From Alphaproteobacteria bacterium (GTDB lineage Bacteria; Pseudomonadota; Alphaproteobacteria; CAAHEQ01; UBA3637): DNA of 64,000 bases. This document shows, one piece after another, positions 52,486 to 61,322 of this stretch. Positions within the stretch are counted from its first letter, which is position 1. Every line of letters begins with the position of its first letter. Made by a program: the position numbers and the translations under genes. The notes under the pieces were generated by a model. The model did not search any database. It had not been told where the DNA came from and saw only the letters and a list, made by a program, of their open reading frames with translations. The DNA is taken from contig JAFYHG010000008.1 in NCBI GenBank assembly GCA_017539265.1, positions 67,354 to 131,353 of the forward strand, in the 5' to 3' direction.

Positions 52486-54485
52486 TATTCTTTCACCCGA
52501 AACAGAACGGCCGTCACATCATCCGGCGGGGGCGGCGGCGCAAATTCAAAGAACGCCCCCATAATGTTATGCAACGCTAAAGACGTATTTTCATTCTTGA
52601 TATTTTTTTCAACCAGTTTTTTAAATCCGGCTGTTCCCAACCTTTCTCCGTCATCTGACGGTGATTCGGTTAAGGCGTCGCTATATAATACCAAACTGTC
52701 GCCAGCCTTCATTTGAATTTGATGAGATTCATAGGTTGCCTTTTGCCGGATTCCCAAAGGCATTCCTGCCGTTTCCAACAGGGTTGTTTTCTTTCCAGAT
52801 ATCCAAAACGGCTGCGGAGCTCCGGCTGCCGCGTAATCCAATGTTTTAGCCTTCGGATCATAAATTCCAAAGAAGAAAGTCGCAAACTGTCCTCGCGGTA
52901 ATAAATCAAACAACCGTCCGTTCACCGTTTGTAAAAATTTAGCCGGTGATGTAATCTCCCTTTTATTCATCTGGGCAATAATCCCGTGCAAACGGAATGT
53001 GTTTAGAGCCGCCGCCACCCCATGTCCCGAAAAGTCGCACAGGTAAATTCCCAAATATTCTCCCCGAATCGGGAACATCTGCCAATAATCGCCCCCCAGC
53101 ATCGAGGACGGTTCAAAATATTGTGCCAAATCAATATGATAGGTTTCGCATACTTCTTTAATATGATCGGCATGCGGCAACATATCCACCTGCATTCGCC
53201 GGGCATTTTGCATTTCCGTTTCAATTTGATCCAACTGATGACGCAGGCTGTAGATTAAGATTCTGTTTTCCAAATGGACCTTTACCCGTGCAAAAAATTC
53301 CAACGGGTTAATCGGTTTTGTAATGAAGTCCGTTGCACCGGATGAAAAAGCCTTTTCGCGCATTTCCCGTGTATCCGATGCCGTTTGCACCAATACCGGT
53401 ATATGTTTTGTTTCCGGCGTAGCCTTCAAGTGATAAAGCACTTCTTGCCCGTTCATACGCGGCATGGTAATATCCAAAATAATCAGGTCCGGCTTAAACG
53501 ATAATACTTTATGCAACCCTTCAATTCCATCGGCTGCAATCTGAATATTCGTAATCCCCGCCACATTCAAAAGCCGTGTCAAAACCGCCTGATTACTGGG
53601 ATTATCCTCCATCACCAATACCCGACTTTGTGATAAATCCGGATCATCCGTTGGTGCTTCTTCATCCAACCGATCCTCTCCCATTGTCTCACTCGACACA
53701 AGATGTTCAATCCGGTCATGGAGCAAAAATGACAACGTAATTTCCCGACCGAAATCATCTAACGTACATGAATCGGCAATCCCTGCAATTAAACGTAGTC
53801 CCCGCCCTGATTTAGCCTGTGGCAGAGGCTGATTCACCTTCGGCACATTTGTTACCGAAGAATATCCCGCCCCTTCATCTTTAATTTTAATTTCCAATCG
53901 TTCATCCGTCCAAGACGCCCACAAACTCATGGATCTTTGGGCATAAGTCGGATCGCTTAATCGCTCACTTAGAATACGAGCATATTCGATAAAGTCCCGT
54001 GCAGATTGACGCAAATTACTGGACAACTGTAAATTTCCGTGGATAAGGCCGTTCACGATTGATTCATGCAAGGCCAAATGGATACTTTCCGCCAAACTTT
54101 TGGAAAAGAATAACCGTTTTTGCAGGGCTTCCGTAAAAATCCGCGCAATATCACATGAATAGATCGTCGGGCAAGTCATCAAAACCCCCAACGTTTCCAC
54201 ATTTTTTTCTTTAGATTTTTGCGTCGTAAAGTTCTGCACGGACGCCTCTTGAGCATGCGCGTCAATCACACTGACAATCGGTAAATGCAGCAAGCGTATC
54301 AACTTATCTTCCGTTATCTCACCGGCCAAAACGGATAAATTTTCGGGAAAGCTTCCCTGATTCATCATTTGCTGCGTTAAAAAAGGCTCTTTATCATTCG
54401 GCCACGGCAAACTGTCCAATGTGCTTGCCACCTGCAATAATTGCTGTTTTGAAATATCTTGACCGACCAAAAAAGTGTCCGACAT
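52485..54485 (-). CDS. Tri-domain signalling protein: HATPase_c-like (RsbW/SpoIIAB-type) N-terminal region, receiver (REC), and PP2C/SpoIIE phosphatase
   Basis: N-terminal HESIVNGLIHGN, IKDEGAGY and GRGLRLI read as N-, G1- and G2-box-like. REC: VLVMEDN, LIILDITMP, VLVQTA and ITKP. PP2C: GGDYWQMF, CDFSGHGVAAAL, LYSDALTE and DDVTAVLF. Confidence 0.75.
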   Translation of the reverse strand: MSDTFLVGQDISKQQLLQVASTLDSLPWPNDKEPFLTQQMMNQGSFPENLSVLAGEITEDKLIRLLHLPIVSVIDAHAQEASVQNFTTQKSKEKNVETLGVLMTCPTIYSCDIARIFTEALQKRLFFSKSLAESIHLALHESIVNGLIHGNLQLSSNLRQSARDFIEYARILSERLSDPTYAQRSMSLWASWTDERLEIKIKDEGAGYSSVTNVPKVNQPLPQAKSGRGLRLIAGIADSCTLDDFGREITLSFLLHDRIEHLVSSETMGEDRLDEEAPTDDPDLSQSRVLVMEDNPSNQAVLTRLLNVAGITNIQIAADGIEGLHKVLSFKPDLIILDITMPRMNGQEVLYHLKATPETKHIPVLVQTASDTREMREKAFSSGATDFITKPINPLEFFARVKVHLENRILIYSLRHQLDQIETEMQNARRMQVDMLPHADHIKEVCETYHIDLAQYFEPSSMLGGDYWQMFPIRGEYLGIYLCDFSGHGVAAALNTFRLHGIIAQMNKREITSPAKFLQTVNGRLFDLLPRGQFATFFFGIYDPKAKTLDYAAAGAPQPFWISGKKTTLLETAGMPLGIRQKATYESHQIQMKAGDSLVLYSDALTESPSDDGERLGTAGFKKLVEKNIKNENTSLALHNIMGAFFEFAPPPPPDDVTAVLFRVKE

Positions 54486-54548
54486 GTTTTCTCCTTTTTT
54501 GTCAGTATAAAGACGCTTTTATCGGGTGTCAAGCAAAAAGAAACTTTG

Positions 54549-54568
54549 GGCCCTTTAAAAGGGCCCCG
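54549..54568 (-). terminator. Hairpin terminator after the DUF378 gene
   Basis: gggccctt...aagggccc palindrome immediately downstream of the stop, followed on the minus strand by a T-rich stretch. Confidence 0.6.
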
Positions 54569-54571
54569 TTA

Positions 54572-54778
54572 CTATTTTTGTTCGCTCACTGCTTTGGATG
54601 TTGCCATTTCCAATATTAACCAAACCGCTCCCAAACCGACTAATGAATAAATCAAACGGCTTAAAAATCCTGTACCGAACAAAAAGCCGACCAAATTCCA
54701 ATCGAACAGGCCCACAAGCCCCCAATTCAGTCCCCCGACAATCACAAGTCCCAATGCAATTTGTGTTATAATTTTCAT
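54572..54778 (-). CDS. DUF378-family small membrane protein
   Basis: MKIITQIALGLVIVGGLNWGLVGLFDWNLV matches the GGLNWGLVG core I associate with DUF378. 68 aa with two TM segments. Confidence 0.7.
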   Translation of the reverse strand: MKIITQIALGLVIVGGLNWGLVGLFDWNLVGFLFGTGFLSRLIYSLVGLGAVWLILEMATSKAVSEQK

Positions 54779-54865
54779 CTGTTCCTCCTATAAAAAAACA
54801 CACGGGATATATAAAATCTCCGATTTTTGTTGTCAATACATAACAAAGTTGGTTGTATTTCTATA

Positions 54866-54890
54866 ATAAAAAAAGCCGGATTTCTCCGGC
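54866..54890 (-). terminator. Rho-independent terminator after the PPIase gene
   Basis: gccgga-tttc-tccggc hairpin with an A8 run on the plus strand, which is a T-run downstream on the minus strand. Confidence 0.7.
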
Positions 54891-54896
54891 TTATCT

Positions 54897-55874
54897 TTAT
54901 TTCTTTAACGTATTCAATTTCGGTTTTCTGATACGCACTTTTAACTTAGCCCGCTCATCCGCCAAAACTTTTGATACATCTTGTTTCATCAATAATTCTT
55001 TCAACTCCTCTTTCACATCTTCAAAGGCAGGAGGTTCGGCCATCCGCCGATCTTCCAGCAAAATCAGATGCCACCCGAGAGGTGTTTGAACCGGCTCAGA
55101 AATTTGCCCCTTTTGAAGGGCAAAAGCCGCCCGACTAAATTCCGGAATCATATCATCTTCCGTAAAGTATCCTAAATCTCCATCCTGCGCTGCCCGATCC
55201 AAAGAATATTTGTTTGCCGCCATAGCAAACGAACCGCCGGCCCGTAACCGAATTAAGATATTTTTGGCTTCCTGTTCGGTTTTCACCAAAATATGCTTGG
55301 CATGAATTTCCTCCACGGGGCGAGCTTTTTTTATTTCGCTTTCATATAAGGCTTTTAACCTTTCCGTCGTCGCTCGTTTTTTGAGCTCCTCTTCCAAATA
55401 AGCCTTCGCTATAACCTCTTCATGTGCCAGTTCTAAGGCTTTCTGCACCTCTTTACGTTTAATTGTTCCGGCTTTATCGGCAGCCATCCTTAACACTCTG
55501 GAATCTACCATTGCCTGCAATAATTGCGGATAAATAACCTCAAAGGGCATATCCGCCAACTGCGGTATCGTTTTGGCATAATCTCTAACCTCTGACATAT
55601 ACAAACTTTCATCCCCGATAATGGCAACAACTTCACCGGCCGGTTTAGGTTTATCACTCCGCCGAATGTGGCAGAAGTTTTCCTCCACAGCCATTTCCAT
55701 GAACATGCTGCCCACAAAGAACCAAATGACTAATGCCGCCACAAACAGGATAAATGATAACACCGGATAATTAATTTGGCGTCCTCCCTCGGTCGGTAAA
55801 CCTGTCTTTTGTGTACTTACTTCTTTATTTTCTTTCGGCAAAGGTTTCTTTGCTGATACTTTTTTCTGAACCAT
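54897..55874 (-). CDS. Membrane-anchored parvulin-type peptidyl-prolyl isomerase (SurA/PpiD/PrsA-like)
   Basis: N-terminal TM (VLSFILFVAALVIWFFVGSMF). Chaperone-like helical region. PpiC rotamase core: AKHILV, DGDLGYF, EFSRAAFALQKGQISEPVQTPLGWHLI. Confidence 0.82.
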   Translation of the reverse strand: MVQKKVSAKKPLPKENKEVSTQKTGLPTEGGRQINYPVLSFILFVAALVIWFFVGSMFMEMAVEENFCHIRRSDKPKPAGEVVAIIGDESLYMSEVRDYAKTIPQLADMPFEVIYPQLLQAMVDSRVLRMAADKAGTIKRKEVQKALELAHEEVIAKAYLEEELKKRATTERLKALYESEIKKARPVEEIHAKHILVKTEQEAKNILIRLRAGGSFAMAANKYSLDRAAQDGDLGYFTEDDMIPEFSRAAFALQKGQISEPVQTPLGWHLILLEDRRMAEPPAFEDVKEELKELLMKQDVSKVLADERAKLKVRIRKPKLNTLKK

Positions 55875-55940
55875 TTTGAATTTCCCCTTTCGTTGGTTAT
55901 TTCCAATATAAATCGCTTTTTTTGAAAAAGCAATTCTTTT

Positions 55941-56363
55941 TTAAAGATTTTTTATCTGTGTTTGTCGAAGCCTTTTTGACAGCTCTCCAATGAACCCATA
56001 GGCCAGTGATGGATGCAATGCCATCATGCGATAAAGTTGATCGCCCGACACTTTTAAAAAAGTCGTTTGTGTTTGTGCCTGTATCCGATAAGGTAAGATA
56101 GCCGGGCTTAGCACCGTTGTTTCTCCAAAAACCTGCCGGGCCCCCACCTCGGTAATCAAGTGCCCATCCGTTCCCACAATATGAACTGTCCCGGCCAAAA
56201 TCATAAACAGGTATTTATTTTCCGTTCCGGCATCCAGGATAACCTCATCGGCCTTTACGGTTTGTTCTTCACACACAGCAATCAGGTCCGACAAAGCCAA
56301 TTCCGATGCCTCGGCAAAAAAAGGAATATTTTTTAAAACCAACACTTTTTCATAGGTAATCAT
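55941..56363 (-). CDS. Cyclic-nucleotide-binding (cNMP) domain protein
   Basis: 140 aa. The beta-roll pattern ...GTENKYLFMILAGTV...GARQVFGETTVL... is typical of CAP/cNMP-binding domains. It has its own RBS (AAGGGAG). Confidence 0.72.
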   Translation of the reverse strand: MITYEKVLVLKNIPFFAEASELALSDLIAVCEEQTVKADEVILDAGTENKYLFMILAGTVHIVGTDGHLITEVGARQVFGETTVLSPAILPYRIQAQTQTTFLKVSGDQLYRMMALHPSLAYGFIGELSKRLRQTQIKNL

Positions 56364-56380
56364 TGTTTTATTTCTCCCTT

Positions 56381-56875
56381 TTATGTTTCCAATATTTTAT
56401 CCAACGACAGACCCGACAGCCGGCTTGTCGGAATAGCCAATAATTTTTGATGCAACGCCTTTTGGTCTTTTTCCAACCGCACCAACGTCCAGACAGCCGC
56501 TTCCAACACGACGGGATGCTCATCCGCCAAAGCCGCTTCGGCCACCTCTGCCCCCAAGGGCGATCCCAACCGCCGCAAAGCGTACAAGGCTGTTGCTCGT
56601 ATCCAATGGTTTAAGTGTATTTTGGGATTTTGGATAATTTCTCCCAGGGCTTTTACCGATTCTTCCACAGTCATTCCCGACAAAGTCGCCCGCCTCTTTT
56701 GCGACAGCGGTAATATCAGGACAGATTTTAATTTTTGATACAAACGATTGGGCAAAAGATCTTGAATAACCCCCAAGGCCGGCAAATATAACTCATAAGA
56801 ATCCGTCAAAAGTATGCGAACTGCCCGCACAAACATTTCATTGCTTTTAAATAATAGTAATTGATACAAAATCAA
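56381..56875 (-). CDS. HEAT/armadillo-like repeat protein; possibly the detached C-terminal part of the upstream ORF
   Basis: Helical repeats (IRATALYALRRLG, PVVLEAAVWTLVRL). The track start is a TTG overlapping the upstream stop (TTGA). The same frame remains protein-like upstream of that start (see findings). Confidence 0.5.
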   Translation of the reverse strand: MILYQLLLFKSNEMFVRAVRILLTDSYELYLPALGVIQDLLPNRLYQKLKSVLILPLSQKRRATLSGMTVEESVKALGEIIQNPKIHLNHWIRATALYALRRLGSPLGAEVAEAALADEHPVVLEAAVWTLVRLEKDQKALHQKLLAIPTSRLSGLSLDKILET

Positions 56876-59142
56876 GTCGCGGGTATCATTAATATCTTCT
56901 TGCAGGGCCCGTTACAAAAATTCAAACGATTCTTCCGATTCAAGGTCGGCGCATTAACAAACACTTCCCGCATATGGAGTAACCATTGAATGCGATCTAC
57001 GTCTTTTTGCAGGCATTGCCGCAAAATCATTCCCTTTTCTTTGGTCGTCCAAACGATACCGGAATCCAAAATATTTTGCGCAATTGCTTTCTTTAATTTT
57101 TGGTTTTCAACCGTCAAAGCACGCAACAGGATTTGCTTTCCTTCCCCGCTTTTTATCGCCCCCAAAAATAGAACCAACTGCTTTCGCCTCAATGGGTTTG
57201 TCTGTGGTTTCATAATTGCCTTTTCAATCGGCGGGAAAGCCGCTTTTCCATAGTATGTCAATGCCCTCAGTGCCGTTTCTTGCAGGTCCGTATCATCCAG
57301 CGCCCGCAAAACCTGCGGCAGATATTGGGCCGCCTGTAATGCCCCTGCTGCCAATATAGCCTGCCGCACCACCGCTCGATTAGGATGCTTTAAAAACGGA
57401 GCAACCAAAGGAATAAACTCCGACATCGGATGCCCGACAATTAAGGATAACGCTGTTATATTATCCCGCACATTTTTAGATTTGATTAACACGTTCAATG
57501 CTTCCAAAACCGGTGGCACCCATTCGGATCCCCGTTCCAAAAATCCCGCAATAGCCCCTGCCCGTACACCATGATTCTTAAGGCCCGCCAAATATTTTTG
57601 GGGATAAAGTTCCGTTAAAATCAAATCACTATATGCCTCATTACGTACCCGTTTATTCGGATCATTTTTCATCAGGGAATAAAACCTGTTGCGATACGCC
57701 GGAAAGTGATATAATTCTTTCATGCCGTCCAGCGCAAACAAGCGCACATCCTTTGCCGGATGATTTAACGCCTCCGAAAGAGCCGTCTCATAATACGGAT
57801 GATTCGCTATTTTTAATAAACTCAACGCATAAATGGCATCATCGGCCTCCGGCCCGGATAATAATTTTTTTAAATAATTCAATAACTTTTTATACGACAG
57901 CATAATCGGCCCTTTTCGCCACAGGCGCATTTGGAATTGCCGCTTTAATATCAACGAATAAATCCGCACCGTATGCAGGGTTACAACAATCATCATTCCC
58001 CCCACTGCCATCAGACAATACGCCGGAATTTGATGTCTGAAATTCAGGTATATACTGCCGCATAAAATAAACCCCAACGGTGTTGCCGTTGTCATCATTC
58101 TTTTTTTAAGGCGCGTTCCCTTTCCGCCCGATAAGACTCGGGGTAACAAACGTAAAAATCCGTTTAGGTAAAAGTGTCCCCCTAGTAGCATCATCAAATA
58201 TCCTGTCGCCACCGGTCCGCTATGACGCCCCAGGGCAACATAGCCCGTAAAGATAATACTCAATCCGAAAACCATCATCCCCGCCAAAGTGGTATAGATA
58301 TATCTTGTATGATAAAGCACCGCCACCATCAATAACCCCAAGGCTCCAAATAATATCCATACAAGCCCCAACACCGTCATCGGCATAATACCCGTTTGAG
58401 ATAGCTTCGTGTATAAAACAGCCTCACACAAAACGCGTGCCACCGTTCCTAAAAATGATAAAATCAAAATATCCCAAACCAGGGGGCGCTCAAACACATC
58501 TTGAATTCCATCCGTTTTCCGCACAAATGTTTCTTTAATCAGCGGTGCCAAATCAAAAATCGTCATTAAAATCAATATAAAAGCCATTAAACAGAACAAG
58601 GCTGTAATTAACAACCCCATTGGTGAAAACCATCCCGATAAAGGAAGTAATCCCGCCAAAATAAAGCTTAAAAAATCAAGGCAAAACAAGGATAAAAATT
58701 TTAATGAATTAAATCGCTCGTCCACAAATCGTCTGGCCACCGACCAAAATGCTACCGATATCATAAAAAAGAAGACATATTTTAAGATAAACAAGATATT
58801 TCCCCATCCCAAAACATCTGTGTATTCTTTCACGCTTAAGGCCGTTATCGCTAATATCAGACATATTATGCACCACCCGACAGATCCGGCCCCTTTACGG
58901 CGTTCCATCTGCCAAACGGAAAACCCGATCATGGCCATCAAAACCGCCACCCCGATAAAGTCAATCCCCATCATCAATAAACTTTTATCGGCAATCAACA
59001 AACTTGCCGCACCGATATCCCACAGCACCACAACCAACGTTTTTAAAAACAGGCCCATTGTCAACAAGGCCAAAATTCGAACCTTGAATTTCGATAGCCT
59101 TGATGCTTTTAAAAACAGCCGGTTTAGCAGGCGCTTCATCAC
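56872..59142 (-). CDS. Polytopic membrane domain (MFS / nucleotide-transporter-like, about 10-12 TM) fused to HEAT repeats
   Basis: About 400 aa of TM segments are followed by HEAT-like repeats (DAIYALSLLKIANHP, KDVRLFALDGM, RAVVRQAILAAGAL, LQETALRALTYYG). The last ~25 codons read poorly (NRKNRLNFCNGPCKKILMIPAT). Confidence 0.65.
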   Translation of the reverse strand: MMKRLLNRLFLKASRLSKFKVRILALLTMGLFLKTLVVVLWDIGAASLLIADKSLLMMGIDFIGVAVLMAMIGFSVWQMERRKGAGSVGWCIICLILAITALSVKEYTDVLGWGNILFILKYVFFFMISVAFWSVARRFVDERFNSLKFLSLFCLDFLSFILAGLLPLSGWFSPMGLLITALFCLMAFILILMTIFDLAPLIKETFVRKTDGIQDVFERPLVWDILILSFLGTVARVLCEAVLYTKLSQTGIMPMTVLGLVWILFGALGLLMVAVLYHTRYIYTTLAGMMVFGLSIIFTGYVALGRHSGPVATGYLMMLLGGHFYLNGFLRLLPRVLSGGKGTRLKKRMMTTATPLGFILCGSIYLNFRHQIPAYCLMAVGGMMIVVTLHTVRIYSLILKRQFQMRLWRKGPIMLSYKKLLNYLKKLLSGPEADDAIYALSLLKIANHPYYETALSEALNHPAKDVRLFALDGMKELYHFPAYRNRFYSLMKNDPNKRVRNEAYSDLILTELYPQKYLAGLKNHGVRAGAIAGFLERGSEWVPPVLEALNVLIKSKNVRDNITALSLIVGHPMSEFIPLVAPFLKHPNRAVVRQAILAAGALQAAQYLPQVLRALDDTDLQETALRALTYYGKAAFPPIEKAIMKPQTNPLRRKQLVLFLGAIKSGEGKQILLRALTVENQKLKKAIAQNILDSGIVWTTKEKGMILRQCLQKDVDRIQWLLHMREVFVNAPTLNRKNRLNFCNGPCKKILMIPAT

Positions 59143-60020
59143 GAATCTCCCAACAAAGACGTCACATATTCATCGGCGGTAAAGGGGCGCAAATCATCAA
59201 TTTTTTCTCCCACACCCAACGCATACACCGGTAATTTAAACTGATCGGCCAAAGCCACCAAAATTCCGCCTTTTGCCGTTCCGTCCAGCTTCGTCATAAT
59301 CAGGCCCGTCACCCCTGCCATTTCCCGAAAAGTCTTAACTTGAGAAATTGCATTCTGCCCCACGGTTGCATCCAAAACAAGGACAGTTTCCTGCGGTGCC
59401 TCGGGATCCAATTTTTTAATCACACGTGTGATTTTCTTCAATTCTTCCATTAAATCCGACCGATTTTGCAACCGCCCCGCGGTATCGATAAACAATATGT
59501 CCGTCCCATCTTTTTGGCTTTTTTGAACGGCGTCAAAAACCAAACCGGCCGCATCGGCTCCGGCCCCTGCGGTATAGGTCGGCACATTCAACTTTTCGCC
59601 CCATCGACATAATTGTTCCGTTGCGCCGGCCCGAAAAGTATCCGCCGCCACAAAAGCAACTTTTAACCCTCTTGCCTGATAAATCGACCCCAATTTACCG
59701 ATTGTTGTCGTTTTGCCGGCTCCGTTCACACCTATCATTAAAATAATCGCGGGTTTATGGGTTGTATCCGGCATCATGGGCTTGGCAATCGGCGTAATTT
59801 TTCGGATCATCACATCGCGTACAACCTGCCGAAAAGCGGCTTCATCTTTCGGTTTTTCGCGCCGCACGGCATCCATGATTTCGGTTGTTGTTCCATACCC
59901 GACATCTGCTTTTAAAAGGGCCTCTTCCACATCATCCAGATTTTTCAGTCCCGCCCCTCCGAATGAAAACAAAGCTGCCGTTTTAGATAACCCCTGTTTT
60001 AGTTTAGATAACCAACTCAT
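59139..60020 (-). CDS. ftsY: Signal recognition particle receptor FtsY (short form, NG domain only)
   Basis: GVNGAGKTTTIGKL (G1), DTAGR, TKLDGTAKGG and GVGEKIDDL motifs. Confidence 0.94.
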   Translation of the reverse strand: MSWLSKLKQGLSKTAALFSFGGAGLKNLDDVEEALLKADVGYGTTTEIMDAVRREKPKDEAAFRQVVRDVMIRKITPIAKPMMPDTTHKPAIILMIGVNGAGKTTTIGKLGSIYQARGLKVAFVAADTFRAGATEQLCRWGEKLNVPTYTAGAGADAAGLVFDAVQKSQKDGTDILFIDTAGRLQNRSDLMEELKKITRVIKKLDPEAPQETVLVLDATVGQNAISQVKTFREMAGVTGLIMTKLDGTAKGGILVALADQFKLPVYALGVGEKIDDLRPFTADEYVTSLLGDS

Positions 60021-61200
60021 TTTGTTCCTTTCCCTTGATTAAGGCTTCGACAATCCGACCCGCCAGATCCGATTTTCCCACCCGCACCGGAAAATAGTTT
60101 TCCGTATATCCGATTCCTGTTTGTTCAACCAATACTGATACTGTTTTTCCTACCATATTGTCAAGTGCTTTTTGATACAGACTCTCCCCCAATTCCCGTG
60201 CCAAAGCCGCCCGTTTTACCCTTTCCGCTTTAGGTACTTGCGGCATTTTAGCCGCCGGTGTTCCATTTCTTGCCGAATAGGGGAAAATATGGGTATGGGT
60301 TATATTTGCTTCCCGAATTAAGTTTAGTGTCTGCTTAAATTGCGCTTCCGTTTCCGTGGGGAATCCCGCAATAAAATCCGCACCCAACGTTGCTTCCGCC
60401 CGCACTTTTTTCAATTTTTCCGCAAACTGCAACACATCTCTCCGCGTATGCCGGCGCCCCATACGTTTCAAGATTAGGTCATCTCCCGATTGCACCGATA
60501 AGTGAATATAGGGCATCAAATTTTCATGCTTTGCCAACAATTCTAATAATTCTTCCCCCACCATCGCCGGATCCAGCGACCCATATCGCAATCGTTTTAG
60601 TCCCTTAACTTCCGTTAATAGCCGCTTGCTAAGGGCCCATAAACCATCCGGATAGGAGGCCACATCCACCCCCGTCAATACAATTTCGGGGTAACCCTGT
60701 TCTACAAAAAGCCTCGCTTGTGCCAAAACCTGTTCCGGCGGCAACCCTGTATTTTTACCGCGTAGTGTATGCACAATACAGAAAGTGCATGCATGATCAC
60801 ACCCCTGTTGAATTTGCAAAAAGGCCCTGTTTCGTCCTTCCATTTCGTGGATGAGGGGAATTTGGGGCGGTTCTTCCGACAAGTCCCCGACTGCGATTTT
60901 ATCTCCCCCTTTTAACAGATTGATATCCAATTTTTCATGATTTCCCAAGACCCGATAAACTTCCGGCATTTGGGCAAAGACCTCCGGATGCAGTTGTGCA
61001 GCACATCCCGCCACAATAATCTTTTTATCCGGGTTTTTGCGTGCGGCTTGGCGAATGGCCTGCCGACATTGACGTTCGGCTTCCGCTGTCACCGCACAAG
61101 TATGAACCATAATTACATCATCCAACTGATGCCCCGCCAACTGTTTCATAACGGCAGTTTCAAAAGTATTTAATCGACATCCGAAAGTAATAATTTGCAT
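60004..61200 (-). CDS. mtaB: tRNA t6A37 methylthiotransferase MtaB (radical SAM, MiaB-like)
   Basis: MQIITFGCRLNTFE UPF0004 N-terminal domain. Radical-SAM CDHACTFC. C-terminal TRAM-like region. Confidence 0.85.
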   Translation of the reverse strand: MQIITFGCRLNTFETAVMKQLAGHQLDDVIMVHTCAVTAEAERQCRQAIRQAARKNPDKKIIVAGCAAQLHPEVFAQMPEVYRVLGNHEKLDINLLKGGDKIAVGDLSEEPPQIPLIHEMEGRNRAFLQIQQGCDHACTFCIVHTLRGKNTGLPPEQVLAQARLFVEQGYPEIVLTGVDVASYPDGLWALSKRLLTEVKGLKRLRYGSLDPAMVGEELLELLAKHENLMPYIHLSVQSGDDLILKRMGRRHTRRDVLQFAEKLKKVRAEATLGADFIAGFPTETEAQFKQTLNLIREANITHTHIFPYSARNGTPAAKMPQVPKAERVKRAALARELGESLYQKALDNMVGKTVSVLVEQTGIGYTENYFPVRVGKSDLAGRIVEALIKGKEQNELVI

Positions 61201-61286
61201 TGGTGCTTATTTTACCCGAAAAGCCGCCTAAAATCAAGAATATTTCATAACCTCGGGAAAAAATTAAAAAAAATGAAAAAAAAATC

Positions 61287-61315
61287 TTGATTTTTCGAAT
61301 AAATATCTGTATATT
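61287..61315 (+). promoter_or_regulatory. Sigma70-type promoter placed for a leaderless transcript
   Basis: TTGATT-17 nt-TATATT. Only 7 nt separate the -10 from the ATG at 61323, and there is no Shine-Dalgarno sequence. Confidence 0.5.
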
Positions 61316-61322
61316 CACGCCC

